A DNA stretch of 64,000 nucleotides from contig JALMLS010000370.1 in assembly GCA_038496445.1 (NCBI GenBank), forward strand, positions 186,001 to 250,000. The letters run 5' to 3'. Each line of letters starts with the position of its first letter. Positions within the stretch are counted from its first letter, which is position 1. The notes under the pieces are model-generated. The model was not told the DNA's origin, made no database searches, and was given only the letters and a program-made list of their open reading frames with translations. Below are positions 1 to 12,588 of this stretch, one piece after another. The translations under genes were made by a program, and so were the position numbers. This stretch comes from Trichosphaerium sp. ATCC 40318. Taxonomy: Eukaryota > Protista > Tubulinea.

Positions 1-1448
1 TTTAGACTTAAATCGTTCGCCTTTGTTTACTATGTAGATGAGGAGAATACGCCTCAACCCACCCTCCAGCTTGAGCCGGTGTGACTCATTCACTTGTTTT
101 TCAATCTCGGCGCTGTTTGCTTTTAATACTTTGGCTCTTGCGAAACAGATTAACGCTGCTTCGTAGTTTCCTTATGAGATATTTAGTTTCTATTCAAAAA
201 AAACTTGAGATTCTCGTACCTATCTGTCGTTGTACTATGCCAAGGTTGGTGTATCCATTCGCATACTTGTCGTCTATTGTCAGAGCCTTTTCAAGGCATT
301 CAAAGGATTCATCAATTTTTCCAATAGAAGCCAACGCTCGTCCCTTGTGGCTCCTACGCCACGTCAGAAATAAGTAAAGAAAGTCAATATTCTACTCTAA
401 AAAAAAATCCAGCCAAATTGAATGCCAAACTCACCAAGGATTTGCGAAATTCTGTTTTAGCATCAAGGCTTTGTCAAGGCATTTTAACGCCATTCTGGGT
501 TTATTCAGAACATTTAGAGCAGCTCCCTTGTTTTTAACCGTTAAACAAGTACATGTATAGACACAACCCGTTTTCGGGCGCGTTGGCGTACCTTGTTGTT
601 CCAAGCGTTGAAATCTCCGGGATCCAAAGCAATCGCTCTATCGTAACATGTTATAGCCTCTAAAATTACAAATGTCAGCAAGTATTCGGTTCTGTTACTA
701 GTGCACAGCGGTAATTTTTACACGTGTTTTTTTTCATTTTTTGATGAAAGCACTTTTTTACTACTTCAGTTTTTACGAAAATAGATAGGGTGTTTGTGTA
801 CCTCCACATCTACCAAGGTGCCGTAGAACATATCCCTACGCGTTTGTAAGCAACTTCTATTTTTGACTTTTTTATGCATTCGTTTTTGACGAACTTTGTT
901 GTTCCAAGCGCTCTTTGTGGCCTCTCCGTCGTCGATAGCTATTGCCTACGCGTTATTTAATACCATGCACAATATTTACGCGCTTATGGCTACATACTTT
1001 ATCATAGCAAGTAATAGCCTCTTCTAGCCTTCCAAGCTCATCTAATATCCACCCTACGTACTTTAACGCGTTTTCAATCGACTTTAGCGAACCTTGATTA
1101 TACCACACCAAACTGTCCATCGGACGCAATTTTAATGACTTGGCGTAGAATTCAAACGCGTTTTGGTAGTCTTGCAAGTTTCTATGGGCATTTCCCAGCC
1201 ATTGTAAAATGACGGGCTTGTTTGGAGCTCCCCGCTTCACAGCCGCACTCAATAAGCGTATGGCTTCTTTGTTACGTCCTTTTGATCGTTTGTATTTTAT
1301 GTAATTCACAATCCGCACCTTTGTTTACGCGGTCGATCCCTATTTGACATAATACGTCCGGCGGAAGTGCCTCTATTTGTTCTTCATCGTATACATATTC
1401 ATTATGGACTCTTGGTTGCATTGGCTGTGATTGTGGTGTGGGTGGCTA
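1..1448 (-). CDS. TPR-repeat protein, multi-exon; 3' end runs off the window, start uncertain
   Basis: Exons give TPR motifs: ILQWLGNAHRNLQDYQNAFEFYAKSLKLRP, GWILDELGRLEEAITCYDK, EAITCYDRAIALDPGDFNAWNN, GNYEAALICFARA. Confidence 0.85.
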
Positions 1449-1785
1449 AAAACAGAAATTACAGAAACTTAAACGCGACTGAAGGACAATTTTTTGTCTG
1501 TGCAATATGTGTACAGCCCGCGGAATATAAAAACTGCACGAGAAAAACGAGTGTTAGGTGACATGTACTTATTCTCTTTAACGCGAGATTTTTATATCTT
1601 ATTCAGGTGTTATAACCTCTTCGGAGCAACGTTGTGATACATTATTAGGAACGCCGAAACACCAAATGTTACTCATCGGCTTGAATTTAAGGGAAATTTC
1701 GCTCTGATGAAAATAATTAAGTTCAATTTTAGTCTGTGGTTGTTATCTTGCTGACTTGCGCAATGCTTTTACCACCACGCCTGGT

Positions 1786-4700
1786 ATGTTGATGGAATCT
1801 ATTTTTGAGGGGTTACCGGATATAACAAGCCAATCCACGCTGTTGGAACCGGCTACATTTCCAATTGGCGACGTTACGCCTGAAAATGGATGCAATGGTG
1901 TATCCAGTGGCAATGAAGAGCTTTTGGAAAAAATAAATACACTTGTTGCTGAAAAAGCCGCAATCAAGGCTAAATACGATAAATTAAGGTCCAAGCGTAG
2001 CAACACGCGCCAAATCATCGCTTTGTACACAAAAGCGGAAGAAGGTACATAAATTTTTCTTTACATGTTCTTACAATCAAATCAGAGATCAAGAGTCTTA
2101 AATCACGCGAAGTTGAGTACAAAAAACGGATAAACTCGTTGACAGCGGATGGATCGTCTGCTCAATCCCTGGCTATCGCCAAAACACAAATAAGCGCCCT
2201 GCAAGAACAATTACAAGGATTGTTGGCGAATTCGGTGACAAACAATGCTGAACAAGAAAATAAACGGCTAAAAACAGAGTTGAACGACGCGAACACGCGT
2301 GTCAAGTCTAAACAGGTATGTTTGTTTTTCACATTCACGTGTCAACCATATCCATAACTTTGAGTAGATGCTACTATCGCAAGTTCAAGCTCAAGTGGAA
2401 CAACTGAAGAAGGATCAAATGGGCAAAGTTCGTACCAAGGTAAAAGAAAAGAACCGAGAGGCATCGAAACTCGCTCAACAAGTAGAAAAGCTCACCAAGA
2501 GATTAGCGGCAAAGTACATTTTTTCGAATTTTCGTTGAATATTACTTTAACCTAACCAACTGTTTATGAAGGGATGCACGTGTTAAATCGTTAACAGAGA
2601 AGCACAAAAAAGCAAACGAACGATTGCGCGCTTGTAGGCAACAACTAAAGGAGGCCAAGTCAGGTGACAAAACTACTGTTAGTGGCTCACAAGATACGAC
2701 TAGCGACGGTAATGAACTGTTTTCAGAACTTGAAGAAATGTGCGCCAATGTCGCAGATGATCTTGGTGACGATAAAATTTGTGCTCTGGAGGAATCCAAC
2801 TCGAAATTAAATGCGGAATTGGATGATACTAAACTACAGTTGTTATCGATTACCTCCAAGTACACCAAACTTGAACAACAACTAAAAGCACAACAAAATA
2901 CTGCAGTATCAGCGTCACCCATGGAGCGATCTACAACTGTTGATAAAACTGATATTGAAAAGAAATTGGCGGATGCTATGAAACAAGTTGCTGAAGCAAC
3001 CAGCAGGTGTCGCAATCTGGAAAAACGAAATGACGAACTTTTGACAAGGCGAGTTCAACCGCCTGCTTCACCTACTGGTAAAGAGCTTCAAAGCCTTCGG
3101 TTACAAGTTAAAGAGCTTAAAAGCTTGATGCGCATGACTGAAGCTGATAGTACAGTATTATCACGTGATCTCAAAATCAAAAAAACCGAATTAAGAGACA
3201 CTAAAAAACAAGTCATTTCATTGAAAGAACAAGTACAAACAATGAGACAACAACTTAAATCTGCAAGAGCGTCTTCGACGCCAAAATTGGCCGTTACAGA
3301 TTCTGATGGTAACCGTAAACAATTGCTAGAGAAGGAGGAGTTTAGAGCTAGTGTTAAACGACTAGAAGTTGAAAAATCTGCTCTAGAAAAACGGTGTGAC
3401 CACTTGGAAAGAAAAAACGAACGGTTGACTCAAAAGTTGAAGAAAGAAAGCGCAAAAATATTTAAAAAACCAGCTGATGTGTCGTTGTCTGTTCCACCGA
3501 TAAAAGGACCTTCTAAAAAGAGGAAACTTGGGGCAGTTTCAAGCAAGTCAGACGGTGATAGACCTACAAAAACTAGAAAGATAAAAAATGGATCAACAAT
3601 TGTACATGTTACAATACCTCACGAGGCACCACCAGAATTAGTCAAGTCTACTTTTAAGATGCGTCATCCTGATAAAGGTAACCCTCACTCAATTTTTAAG
3701 TGATCATGTCGTGTATTGTACTAACAAAAGAGGGGTAGTTGTCACTGATGCTTTGACCGAGTTTTCTAAGAAACCAGGACTTATGGCGTATACCATTCAA
3801 CTCTTATCACAGACAATGTTATCAGAGAAATCTGTTTCATCTCTTTTGGTATCATACATGTATACAACTACAGTGCATTCTATTAACGATACAAAAGAAA
3901 ACAAGCTCGCAACCATCATTTCAGGTAAAATCCCACCTGAGAAACGTTGCTTGTTGTTGCTGTGGAACATTCACTTGCATCGCAAGGTAAACGTATTTAA
4001 GCATTAACACATGTATTTTTTAACGCGTTGATAGGGATTCATGTCCTATATTTGTGAGCGATTGTATAAAACAGTAATGACCTCGTCAAAGGGTATCATT
4101 AGCTTATTGCATAGAACTTCTATGGCAAGAACATTAACGTTGTTGTGCCGTTGTGACAATAACATTGACATCCCACGTGTCCTCTGTTACGACATTATAC
4201 ACTTCCAGGGGTTGAATGAATCAACGCGTAAACTACTTTTGGCTATAGGGATTGCGTGGCCAAGGGTGCTTGAAGTATCTTCCGATGTGTTTTCTCCTTT
4301 GCTTTCTACTATTGAGAGCATTGTAACAACACATTTCAACGAAACTGTGGACAATCATTGCGACGAAATGCGCTGGTTCAATAGACTTAAACGTGAATGT
4401 GGTTGGGGGAAGAGTGCATTCAAGTCGATTGACATGGTTCTTGATAGAATAATGGAATACTTGGATAAAAACAGTGGTGAGTGGTTAACACTTTTTTGGG
4501 TTTTTTTTTGACGAAGTTTGTTTCTAACTCCTTCCTAGATGGCTCTTTTAGTACGCTAAAGGCATTTGAATTGATGGCAGAAAAACGTGGATGGATGTGG
4601 GCGTATAATGATCTGATTGTTGGTACAAACATGCTTCCCCTTTAGTTCGTGGCAGAAAACACAACCTAATTTTTTGTTAATAGGCAAACTGTGGAGTATT

Positions 4701-5084
4701 CTCTCGGATCCTGGAAAGCCTTCAGTCCCTTTTGTGTTACGCATTGTAGGGAGGGTTGTTCAAACTGTCATTCCGAACGTAGACAAAGAGGAGTTCGCTA
4801 AGGCAGGGATAACACATTTAGCAGAGAGCCTACGCCTCATTTTGAGCCAAGATGCGGAAAATTGTGCGTTGTACCTTTTTGCCTGGACGAGATTTTAACA
4901 AACTTTTCTAGGGAGTTTTGAGTGTAAACGAGCTGCTGCTGAAGCTCTAGCACCAATGTCACGTGTCACTGATGGCGACACCGAGGATCAGGCAATAACA
5001 CACTGGCTACGGTCTCTCTCCACGCCCCAGAAGGAGCTTCTAGCTTCACAAGGTAAATTCAAGAGCTACAAGCCAGGCAAATAA
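1786..5084 (+). CDS. Long coiled-coil protein with ICE1 (little elongation complex subunit 1)-like C-terminal helical domain
   Basis: Heptad-rich exons 1786-3450. C-terminal exons read SMARTLTLLCRCDNNIDIPRVLCYDII..LLLAIGIAWPRVL, AFELMAEKRGWMWAYNDLIVGKLW, FVLRIVGRV, CKRAAAEAL, resembling the ICE1 C-terminus as I recall it. Stop TAA at 5082-5084. Confidence 0.6.
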
Positions 5085-5174
5085 AAAATTCCTAAAACAG
5101 CTGAGACACATTGTTTTTTGAGTTTCCAGTTTTATGCGACCAAATCCCACAGTAAGTCAGTAAACTGTTAAAGA

Positions 5175-5648
5175 ATGGAAGCATCTTGTTCAGAGCGTAT
5201 TAATACGCCTATTCATGATGTTTGGCGCGTGTTAACTACATTTTCTGAATACAGCTCATGGAACCCGTTTATTGTCGATGTAACTTCTAATCCCGTAACC
5301 GAAGAAGCATCAGTTGGTGTAACGCTCACTCTACACGTTGTATTTCCTGACAAGTCTAAAACATCTACAAACGTCATCGTTGTGACATATCAACCGCCAA
5401 AACAACGGGAAGATGGCGTATGGGAAGCTTTGTGGTGTTACGACTACGCTGGCTTCTATAACTATCTAGGGCTCAAAACGCACCGCGAGCATCGCCTCAC
5501 ACAACGAGAAGGCGAGCCCACGGAATATCACTCAGTGGAGACTTTTACAGGCTTAGTAACGATGTTTATACCCATCGACAACGTTCAAGCTGGCTTTTTA
5601 GCACAAGGAAAGGCAATGAAACAAGCTTGTGAAAGTAAACAAACATAA
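5175..5648 (+). CDS. SRPBCC/START-like (polyketide cyclase-like) protein, intronless
   Basis: INTPIHDVWRVLTTFSEYSSWNPFI N-terminal motif; HSVETFTGL..GFLAQGKAMKQACE C-terminal helix. Confidence 0.85.
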   Translation: MEASCSERINTPIHDVWRVLTTFSEYSSWNPFIVDVTSNPVTEEASVGVTLTLHVVFPDKSKTSTNVIVVTYQPPKQREDGVWEALWCYDYAGFYNYLGLKTHREHRLTQREGEPTEYHSVETFTGLVTMFIPIDNVQAGFLAQGKAMKQACESKQT

Positions 5649-5744
5649 AGAAATAAAAGTGTTGAAAATTTTGTTTGTTTTTTTACATTCTTTTTTTTTT
5701 TTATGTTACATTCATGACTTATCTATGACCTCACCACTCCTTAT

Positions 5745-8366
5745 TTACTTACATTTTTGTTTTTGATTTCGCTTCCGCCGTTTTTCTATTTCTACACGCT
5801 GTTCTTCCTCAACGTATTTCTCAAGGGAACACGCTAAAATACCTGTCAGTATTTTTGGAAAGTTGAAAAAAAAATAGGAAAAGTGACAGTTTGTTTTGTG
5901 ATTGGTTACCTTTGCAATACAATGACGATCCGTCAATGCGAGGTTTTTCTGCAGGACCAAAATCATGACCACAAGAAGAACAATGAAAGCACTTGACATG
6001 ATACTTTTTTGATTTAAATAATTCGTAATCTACGCAACACGTGTTAGTTCATAACTCGTGTCCATCTTGTTATTTTTTTTACCTCTTTTGTGTATAGGAA
6101 GACTACAGCTGGAGCACGTGTATATTTGACTTCTCCTAGGTGACAACGAAAACTGTAGTTTAAATGCACTCACGTCAACAGGACCATTCGACATTGAAGA
6201 CTCTGCATCATCGAGGTGTGAGGCTTTTTTCCTATGACTTTCAACGGGTGCTTTTCGTTTGGGTTTCAATGGAAGGATTGGTGCAACTGGCTTAGAAAAT
6301 ACTGATGGTGCAGTTTCGTATCCATCCGCAAGTATTGTGGTTCTCCTCCTGTAGCTTTTTATAAGCGCTTGACAAAAAGATTTGATGATTAAATTACCTT
6401 CTCTTCGTTCTAGACTTGGATCGTCTTCGCACTGGAGATTGTGATATTGAAGCAACCGTTGCGCTAGTTAAGCTGGATGGTTCTGCGGTTTTCTTTCTTT
6501 CCATTCCTGCTGATGCACTGCGATGTTTTACAAGAGGTAAAGGCTTTGCCGGGGGTTGTGTATAAGTGCTGCTCACACGTCTAACTATTTGTTGTTGGTT
6601 AATCAACAGCTTTTTTTTCAAATCGATGCTATTTTTCATGTGATAGACACGTGTTTCATGCAATCGTACCTTTTTTGGGGAAGATCTTCTCTTCTTGGGA
6701 GACTTTGTGAATAGTTTTGTGATTGTGCGCTTTGATTTTTTTTTAGTACGTTCTTGTTTTCGGTTCTTTGAGCTGTTTGGTTCCCATGATCTCCATAGCC
6801 TTAGTTGTTTTCGTTTTGATATTTTAACAGTAACAATAAAGGATGAGTCATTGCCATTGTAACTAGTAGATTTCCTTTTTGTCTTATTGGTGGACGCTGG
6901 CTTTGTTTTTTTTTCTGATTTTGTGTTGCTCGAACTCGATTGTTTTGACGGAGATGATTCGTTTGCTGGGTTGTTCCATGATTTAGAGGGTGTAGATATA
7001 ACGCTTTCTTTTGGTTCTATATAAACCACTTCTCCATCTGAATGAAACCCTGGAACAGGCTGAGGTATCTCTTCCTCTTCCTTCCGTTTTTTTTCTTTTT
7101 TTTTCTGGATTACTTTTTGTTTCTTTTTTTCTCGTTGTACTGCACCATGAACGTACATCTCTACTTCAGAATCAGACTGTATTCCATCCCAAATATGTTG
7201 TTTATTCTTTGTGCGAGTTAAACGTTTAGTCAAGTCGATAGATTGACGTTTTTTATATCTAGGAGAGCAGTAATCGCTGAATCCAGTCGACTAAGTTTGT
7301 GTAAGAATTTTCAAAAAAAAAGAAATACTTCTACTTCGTAATAGTACTTACCCTTCTCCTATGAGTTCGTATGCGAGTGGATTCAATAAATTCAGAATCC
7401 GATAACGAACCTTTAATATGTCGCCGTGCGTTCTAGAAAAGCGGATAAATACACAATCAATTCAACGCAAAATCAATCCAATTTTTTTTTTTTTTTTTTT
7501 CCAAATCTAATTAGATAGTCTGACGTACTGAAAATGTAGGCTGATTATCCTTATGGCCCAAGTTATTAAATGTGACGCGTTTTTTCATAAATGTTAATGA
7601 GTTTGGTGGGTCTTGAAGGAATCTTTGATCATAATCAAAGTCTTGTATTTCACAACTTTCAAATTGTTCGCCCATGTGATACTGTTCCTTACACAGTTTA
7701 CACAGTTTCAACTGACACGTTAAGCATTGTGATATTGCTGTACCCTATTTTTATCAAAACCAATGAGTAAGTGCTATGTAAAGCGCATCAAAAAGAAAAA
7801 TGAAAAAAAAAATTGATCAATCCAATTGTTTTTACGGATTTCATTGAACTTATGGCTGTGATATGCAATAATTTGCCTCATCAATCGGATTTTTTTTTTG
7901 GAGTTGACGAAAATAACTTTTCAAAAAAGAAGTAGAGATGCCTTTTGAACCAATAGACATACCGTAGAACATATTGAGCATGCGTCTGGATTGATCTCTT
8001 GCAATTGGGTGGGTATACACGCAGAAAGAGCTGAGTTTGATTGTAATTCTGATTATAGGGTCAGTAAATAGATTAACAAGGTATGTTAAACTACAGAAGG
8101 TTATCCAAAACAGGTTTTTACCGAAACAGTGAAAATGTCGAGTTTTTTATGTACCTTTTGGGTGATTGCACGCAATAGATTCAGAACAGCCTGGGCACAG
8201 TATTTCTCCTATTGCATTTAGCACACATTCAATTTGAACTAAACGTACGCTTTTTGGCTGAAAATACCGTGTACGCACACGCTCGGCATGTTGTATGGTA
8301 GTAGGCGCATGGAATAGTGACAGGATCGCGTAGTATACCCTTACACACAGTACAGGAAAACGCCAT
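5745..8366 (-). CDS. RING finger + IBR-like zinc finger + basic disordered region + C-terminal LIM domain protein
   Basis: ATG at 8366 gives MAFSCTVCKGILRDPVTIPCAYYHTTCRAC..ILCPGC (RING). CLTCQLKLCKLCKEQYH..C is IBR-like. CSSCSLPIH..KKYHVKCFHCSSCGHDF..LYCKAC is a LIM domain split over three exons. Confidence 0.7.
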
Positions 8367-8810
8367 TCAAATAAGCTTCTACAACGATTAAGCTCATGAA
8401 AAAATTACAACGAACATGTAGAAAGAAGGTTGATTTGTGCGATTTTTTTTCAAACAATCGTACCACAAACGCCCCTTGTGTGAACAATAAACCAACTAAA
8501 ACTGGTGTTCGTAAGCAGTGTCGGTTCGTCAATAGACAATGTGTATAATAATGGTTTTTTCAAAGGTTTTAAACCCACAGCAATCTAAGAAAAAAAAAAG
8601 TCGACATGGGTAAACGAATTTGCATATAATTTTAATTCTCTAATATAACATACCTCTGAAGTAACTGATAAAGTGGTTTTTGATAATAAATATGTTTTGT
8701 GCAGGTTTTCGAACAGTAAGAATACTAGAGAAACCTTATTCCTGAAATGGTATAGAAGAACACTGTGATAGCGCAATACCTCTATTGCTTACTACAAAAA
8801 AACATTAACG

Positions 8811-10636
8811 TTACCAAAAATACCACTTCGTACGTGATACGCCTAATCTCCCACTTGAGGCTCTAGTGCTTTCTATAATTTCTTTTAAACCTCCTAAGTC
8901 TCCTTTCCACCAATACGGTACAATAACAAGGGTAGTATCTGTATGTTTTAATTTGGAAAAAAAAAAGTAGATAAAAACTGACACATACCATTGTCAAAGC
9001 AAATTTGCGCCTTTTCAGTATCTCTGCTCGCTGTAAGGGCAGAGTGGCAAGTGTGTGACATGTCGTGATAATGTTGCTCTCCTAGAAATGTTGTTTTAAT
9101 AGATAGTCAACGTGCAAAGTAAATCTGTTTGCACCTTGGTATTCAAAGGCTGTCTTCAATTCGTGAACATAGATGTCAACGTGAACATTTGTATTTGATG
9201 AAAACTTAGATGTCAACGCATGCTCTTCTGTTACTCGCATGTTCGGATATAGCAATGAAACGCAACGCAGTAGCCATCTATGGCGTATTACTTGAGATTG
9301 CTATTCAGGAAGATTGATTGATACCTTTGCTTTGCTCGCTTTGTTACTGTAGAAAACTTTGACCAATCCCAGTTGTAGCGAGGGAACACTTGATTCAGCG
9401 CAAACGGAAAATATCTAAGGACACCCTCTCCCCCACACTGTGTGAGTTGTTCTTGGGATATGCGATACCTACCACACGTTATTACAACGCATAATTAACA
9501 GTGAAAAGTACCATGAACTTGGCGTATCAATGCTGTGCTGTCTTGTAACGGACTCCAAAAACGACACTTGATTTTTTGGGTTGTACCAGAAGCTTTTGTT
9601 ACTTCTACACTCAATTTATTATTCGTTAGGTAGATAAGATGGCGTACTTGAATAGCCATGGCAGCCACAATGATGATGGGTAAACAGACATGACTGTACG
9701 GGATACTGAGTTACCGTACCTGTGCTTGCAATCAGTCTTATGTGCATAGCTCATAAAAATAGCGTACTTGACCATTGTACTTGCAGCGTAGTCGTACAAA
9801 TCACTATGAGAAGTAGTGTACCAATCACTTAAAATTTTAACATTGTGACGTTGAGCAAATTTATCAAGGTGAGTTGCTTGCTTATTGCCGCTTTCCCAAA
9901 ACCCATCAGGACATCTCCTAACACATTGTCACAGATGTAAATAAAGGAAGAGTTGTACCGAAACATACTGGCATCGAAGTAATATTCAGGGAAGGTAGCA
10001 GACAGCATTTGGAATACGGAACATTTATATCTGTTAATGTGTCAGATTTGATAAGTGGCAGGGAGTGACGGACTTGTTCAGTATGCCCCACCCTCCTTGC
10101 TCAGCAATATCTTGCTTTGAGACATTGTACCAATCTTGCATAGTAGCTAGGCGCAGCAAAAGGCCGATTTTGTTTAGCTTTTGGCGCCTGTTACCAACAT
10201 CGTTCCAATGACCATCAGAAACTTTTCTAAGTTTTGGCACTCGTTAGAAACACGTGTCAAACGGCCATACCTCTTCCGTCCCTTGAACTTCTGTCTTATC
10301 CACCGGTACCTTGGATACAACGTAGCCAGAGCGTTTTCTACAGATGCATACCTGAAATGAGTGTCAAGGTGTTAAAATACGTGTGCACGTTACTTGAATA
10401 TCACTTGAGACCCTCTTTTACCGCCCAGAGTAGAACTGGGTACACTGTACCAATTTTCTAGTTCTTTTATGCCTAGCCGTTCTGCAACCGCGTTTAATTC
10501 GTCTCTTTGGTGCTCTAGTACATAAAACGGGCGGTTTTCGGTGTTTTCAATACCTACGTAATTTTCAACGCTAATACAACTACTTCTAAATGGTTACAAG
10601 TGTATCGAGCGCTTTTCAAAGCACTATTGGCAATCA
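8811..10636 (-). CDS. Trp-rich helical repeat protein with C-terminal Vsr/RAP-like PD-(D/E)XK-fold nuclease domain (copy A)
   Basis: About 4 repeats of the type GHWND..RRQKLNKIG..DWYNV..GGWGILNK..L...FPEY.F, then VDIYVHELKTAFEYQG-EQHY..RDTEKAQIC..LVIVPYWW. Start uncertain. Confidence 0.75.
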
Positions 10637-10829
10637 TTGTATGCGAGTACAAGTTCGTTTGTTCTTATTTATGATACTCTGCTATCGTTTCTAAGGTATC
10701 CTTACATGACAATTAACTGACAGTTTGAAGATTCCTGACTGCGACTTTTACGAGTGTACACAAGGAAAAAAAAGCGTGTATTATTTTACAAGTACTATTC
10801 ACAAATGTTACACTTTCTACATTCTCATC

Positions 10830-12475
10830 TGTCATCAAATGCTGGATCTACCCTGAGAGTATCTATGACCATGGGCTTCTGCAGGACTCATGAATTTGGG
10901 CATGTTAACTGAGGCAGTAAGTATTTTAAATATTCAATTCTTTCGTACTTGTTTCTTTGTCTGGTACAACTCGCAATGCTAGTAACGGTTTCGCACCAGG
11001 AGGTACATCTAAGTTTAGTGATGGCATATAATACATCAAGGTTGCTGCCATGCTTTCCTTGTCTCCGCGCCACCAATACGGTACAGATATAAGGCAAATC
11101 CCTGGAAATCAATCAAACGCTGTTTAGTCTTTCTCAGAAAGATGAACTTACCTTGTTTGTGACATAAATCAAGCTTCTCAACATCTCTACTGGAGTGTAC
11201 TAGCGCCTCTGACCGTAATTTGGCCCTGTCGTAGAAGTGCATTTCGCCTAGTACAAATTATGTTAGAATACATATAATTCGCCACGTGATTTTTTTATAC
11301 CTTGATATTCAATGGCAAGATTGAGCCTACTAACAAACATATCTACCACAAATGTTCTTTCTTTGGTACCTTCTTTACAAGCGATATAATGCTCTTCCTC
11401 AATCTTATCATAAGGAAGGAGTGATTGTATGCAATAACGCAAGTATCTATTGTTAAAAGGTTTTAGATGAGATAACAAGAACAAAATGAGTTTTACCGTT
11501 GCTTTGCTTTCTTTGCAAATATACGAAAACGGCTCATGTCAAACTCAAATTTTGGATATATCACGTTCAATGCTCCAGGAAAGTAACGCAGTAAGGATAC
11601 TCCGCCTTCGAATTGCTCAACTGATATTCTGTACCTTCGATTATAAATACACGCTTGTAATCACGTTATTTTTGTACCAAGACTCTGGGGAATTAATATT
11701 GTATTTTACCATCATTTTTGATAAGAATTTGATTTGATTCGTTGGACTCGTCCAAAAGTTCAGTGGCTTTGTTTTTCTACACGTTGTATTAGACAATCAC
11801 TCCACCGAATTACTGTTTGTCGCCTTACTTAAAATGCCAGCTATGGTTAGGGTATATTGTAGGAAGAGCGCGAGACAAGGAATCTCCATACCTTTGATAG
11901 TGTTAGAAGTGAGGACGAGTTGACACAACAATCATCGTCTTGTGACGTACTTTTTGAGCCATCCTCTCATCTTCATTCGCTTGATGTCTCTAAATTTGAC
12001 ATTGTGCCAATCGTCCAGAGTCTTGAAGCCCTGTTCTTCTGAGGTTATTTCCATCATATCTCTTTGGTTAGTTACACTCTTCCAATGATGAGAGGGAGCT
12101 AGTCTAAGAGATTAAGTGCTAGTGTCACGATTGGCATGCAGCGTACGTAAATTTCCATGGAATCCATGCGTATTCGTTATAGGCGCTTCTTATTGCGTTA
12201 TACACACTTTTTTGTCTAATATGTCACTAAATACATTGAACTGAGCTGATGCATACCGACGGAGTAGCCCATTGAATCCTGCATTCTCTAGGTGGGCGTA
12301 GGTTACGTTGTACCAATCATCAGCCACTTTAATGTTATTTTTTATCGCATAATCATCGAGCGCTTTACGTCTATTGAGCTCTTTTTTCCAATGAGATGAA
12401 GCTGTCCAGTGTCTTGTTTGATAAACGGCCTATACATAGTAAGGTTAATCAAAAAGACAACCACTATACCTGCAT
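10830..12475 (-). CDS. Trp-rich helical repeat protein with C-terminal Vsr/RAP-like nuclease domain (copy B, tandem paralogue)
   Basis: SHWKKELNRRKALDDYA..DDWYNV..GFNGLL-type repeats, then VDMFVSRLNLAIEYQG-EMHFY..RDVEKLDLC..LISVPYWW. 3' end approximate. Confidence 0.75.
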
Positions 12476-12588
12476 GAAGTGGCATTCAGTGTACCATTTT
12501 ACACAAAATTCGTCTGGCACAAGTTCTATATTGGTCAATACTGTCTTGGCAATAAAACTGAAAGCTTACTACAAAGCGGGAAGAGCCA
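12476..12588. promoter_or_regulatory. Putative compact bidirectional promoter
   Basis: About 113 nt between divergent predicted ATGs (12475 on -, 12589 on +). Confidence 0.4.

Noticed and set aside
2542-3015. 157-aa minus-strand ORF
   Set aside because: Antisense to the coiled-coil exon; no independent motif.
7481-7500. Long poly-T run
   Set aside because: Intronic homopolymer; similar A/T runs are common in this window.
8811-12475. Repeat-nuclease genes as transposons or homing elements
   Set aside because: No terminal repeats, target-site duplications, transposase or reverse transcriptase seen; the genes carry many spliceosomal introns.
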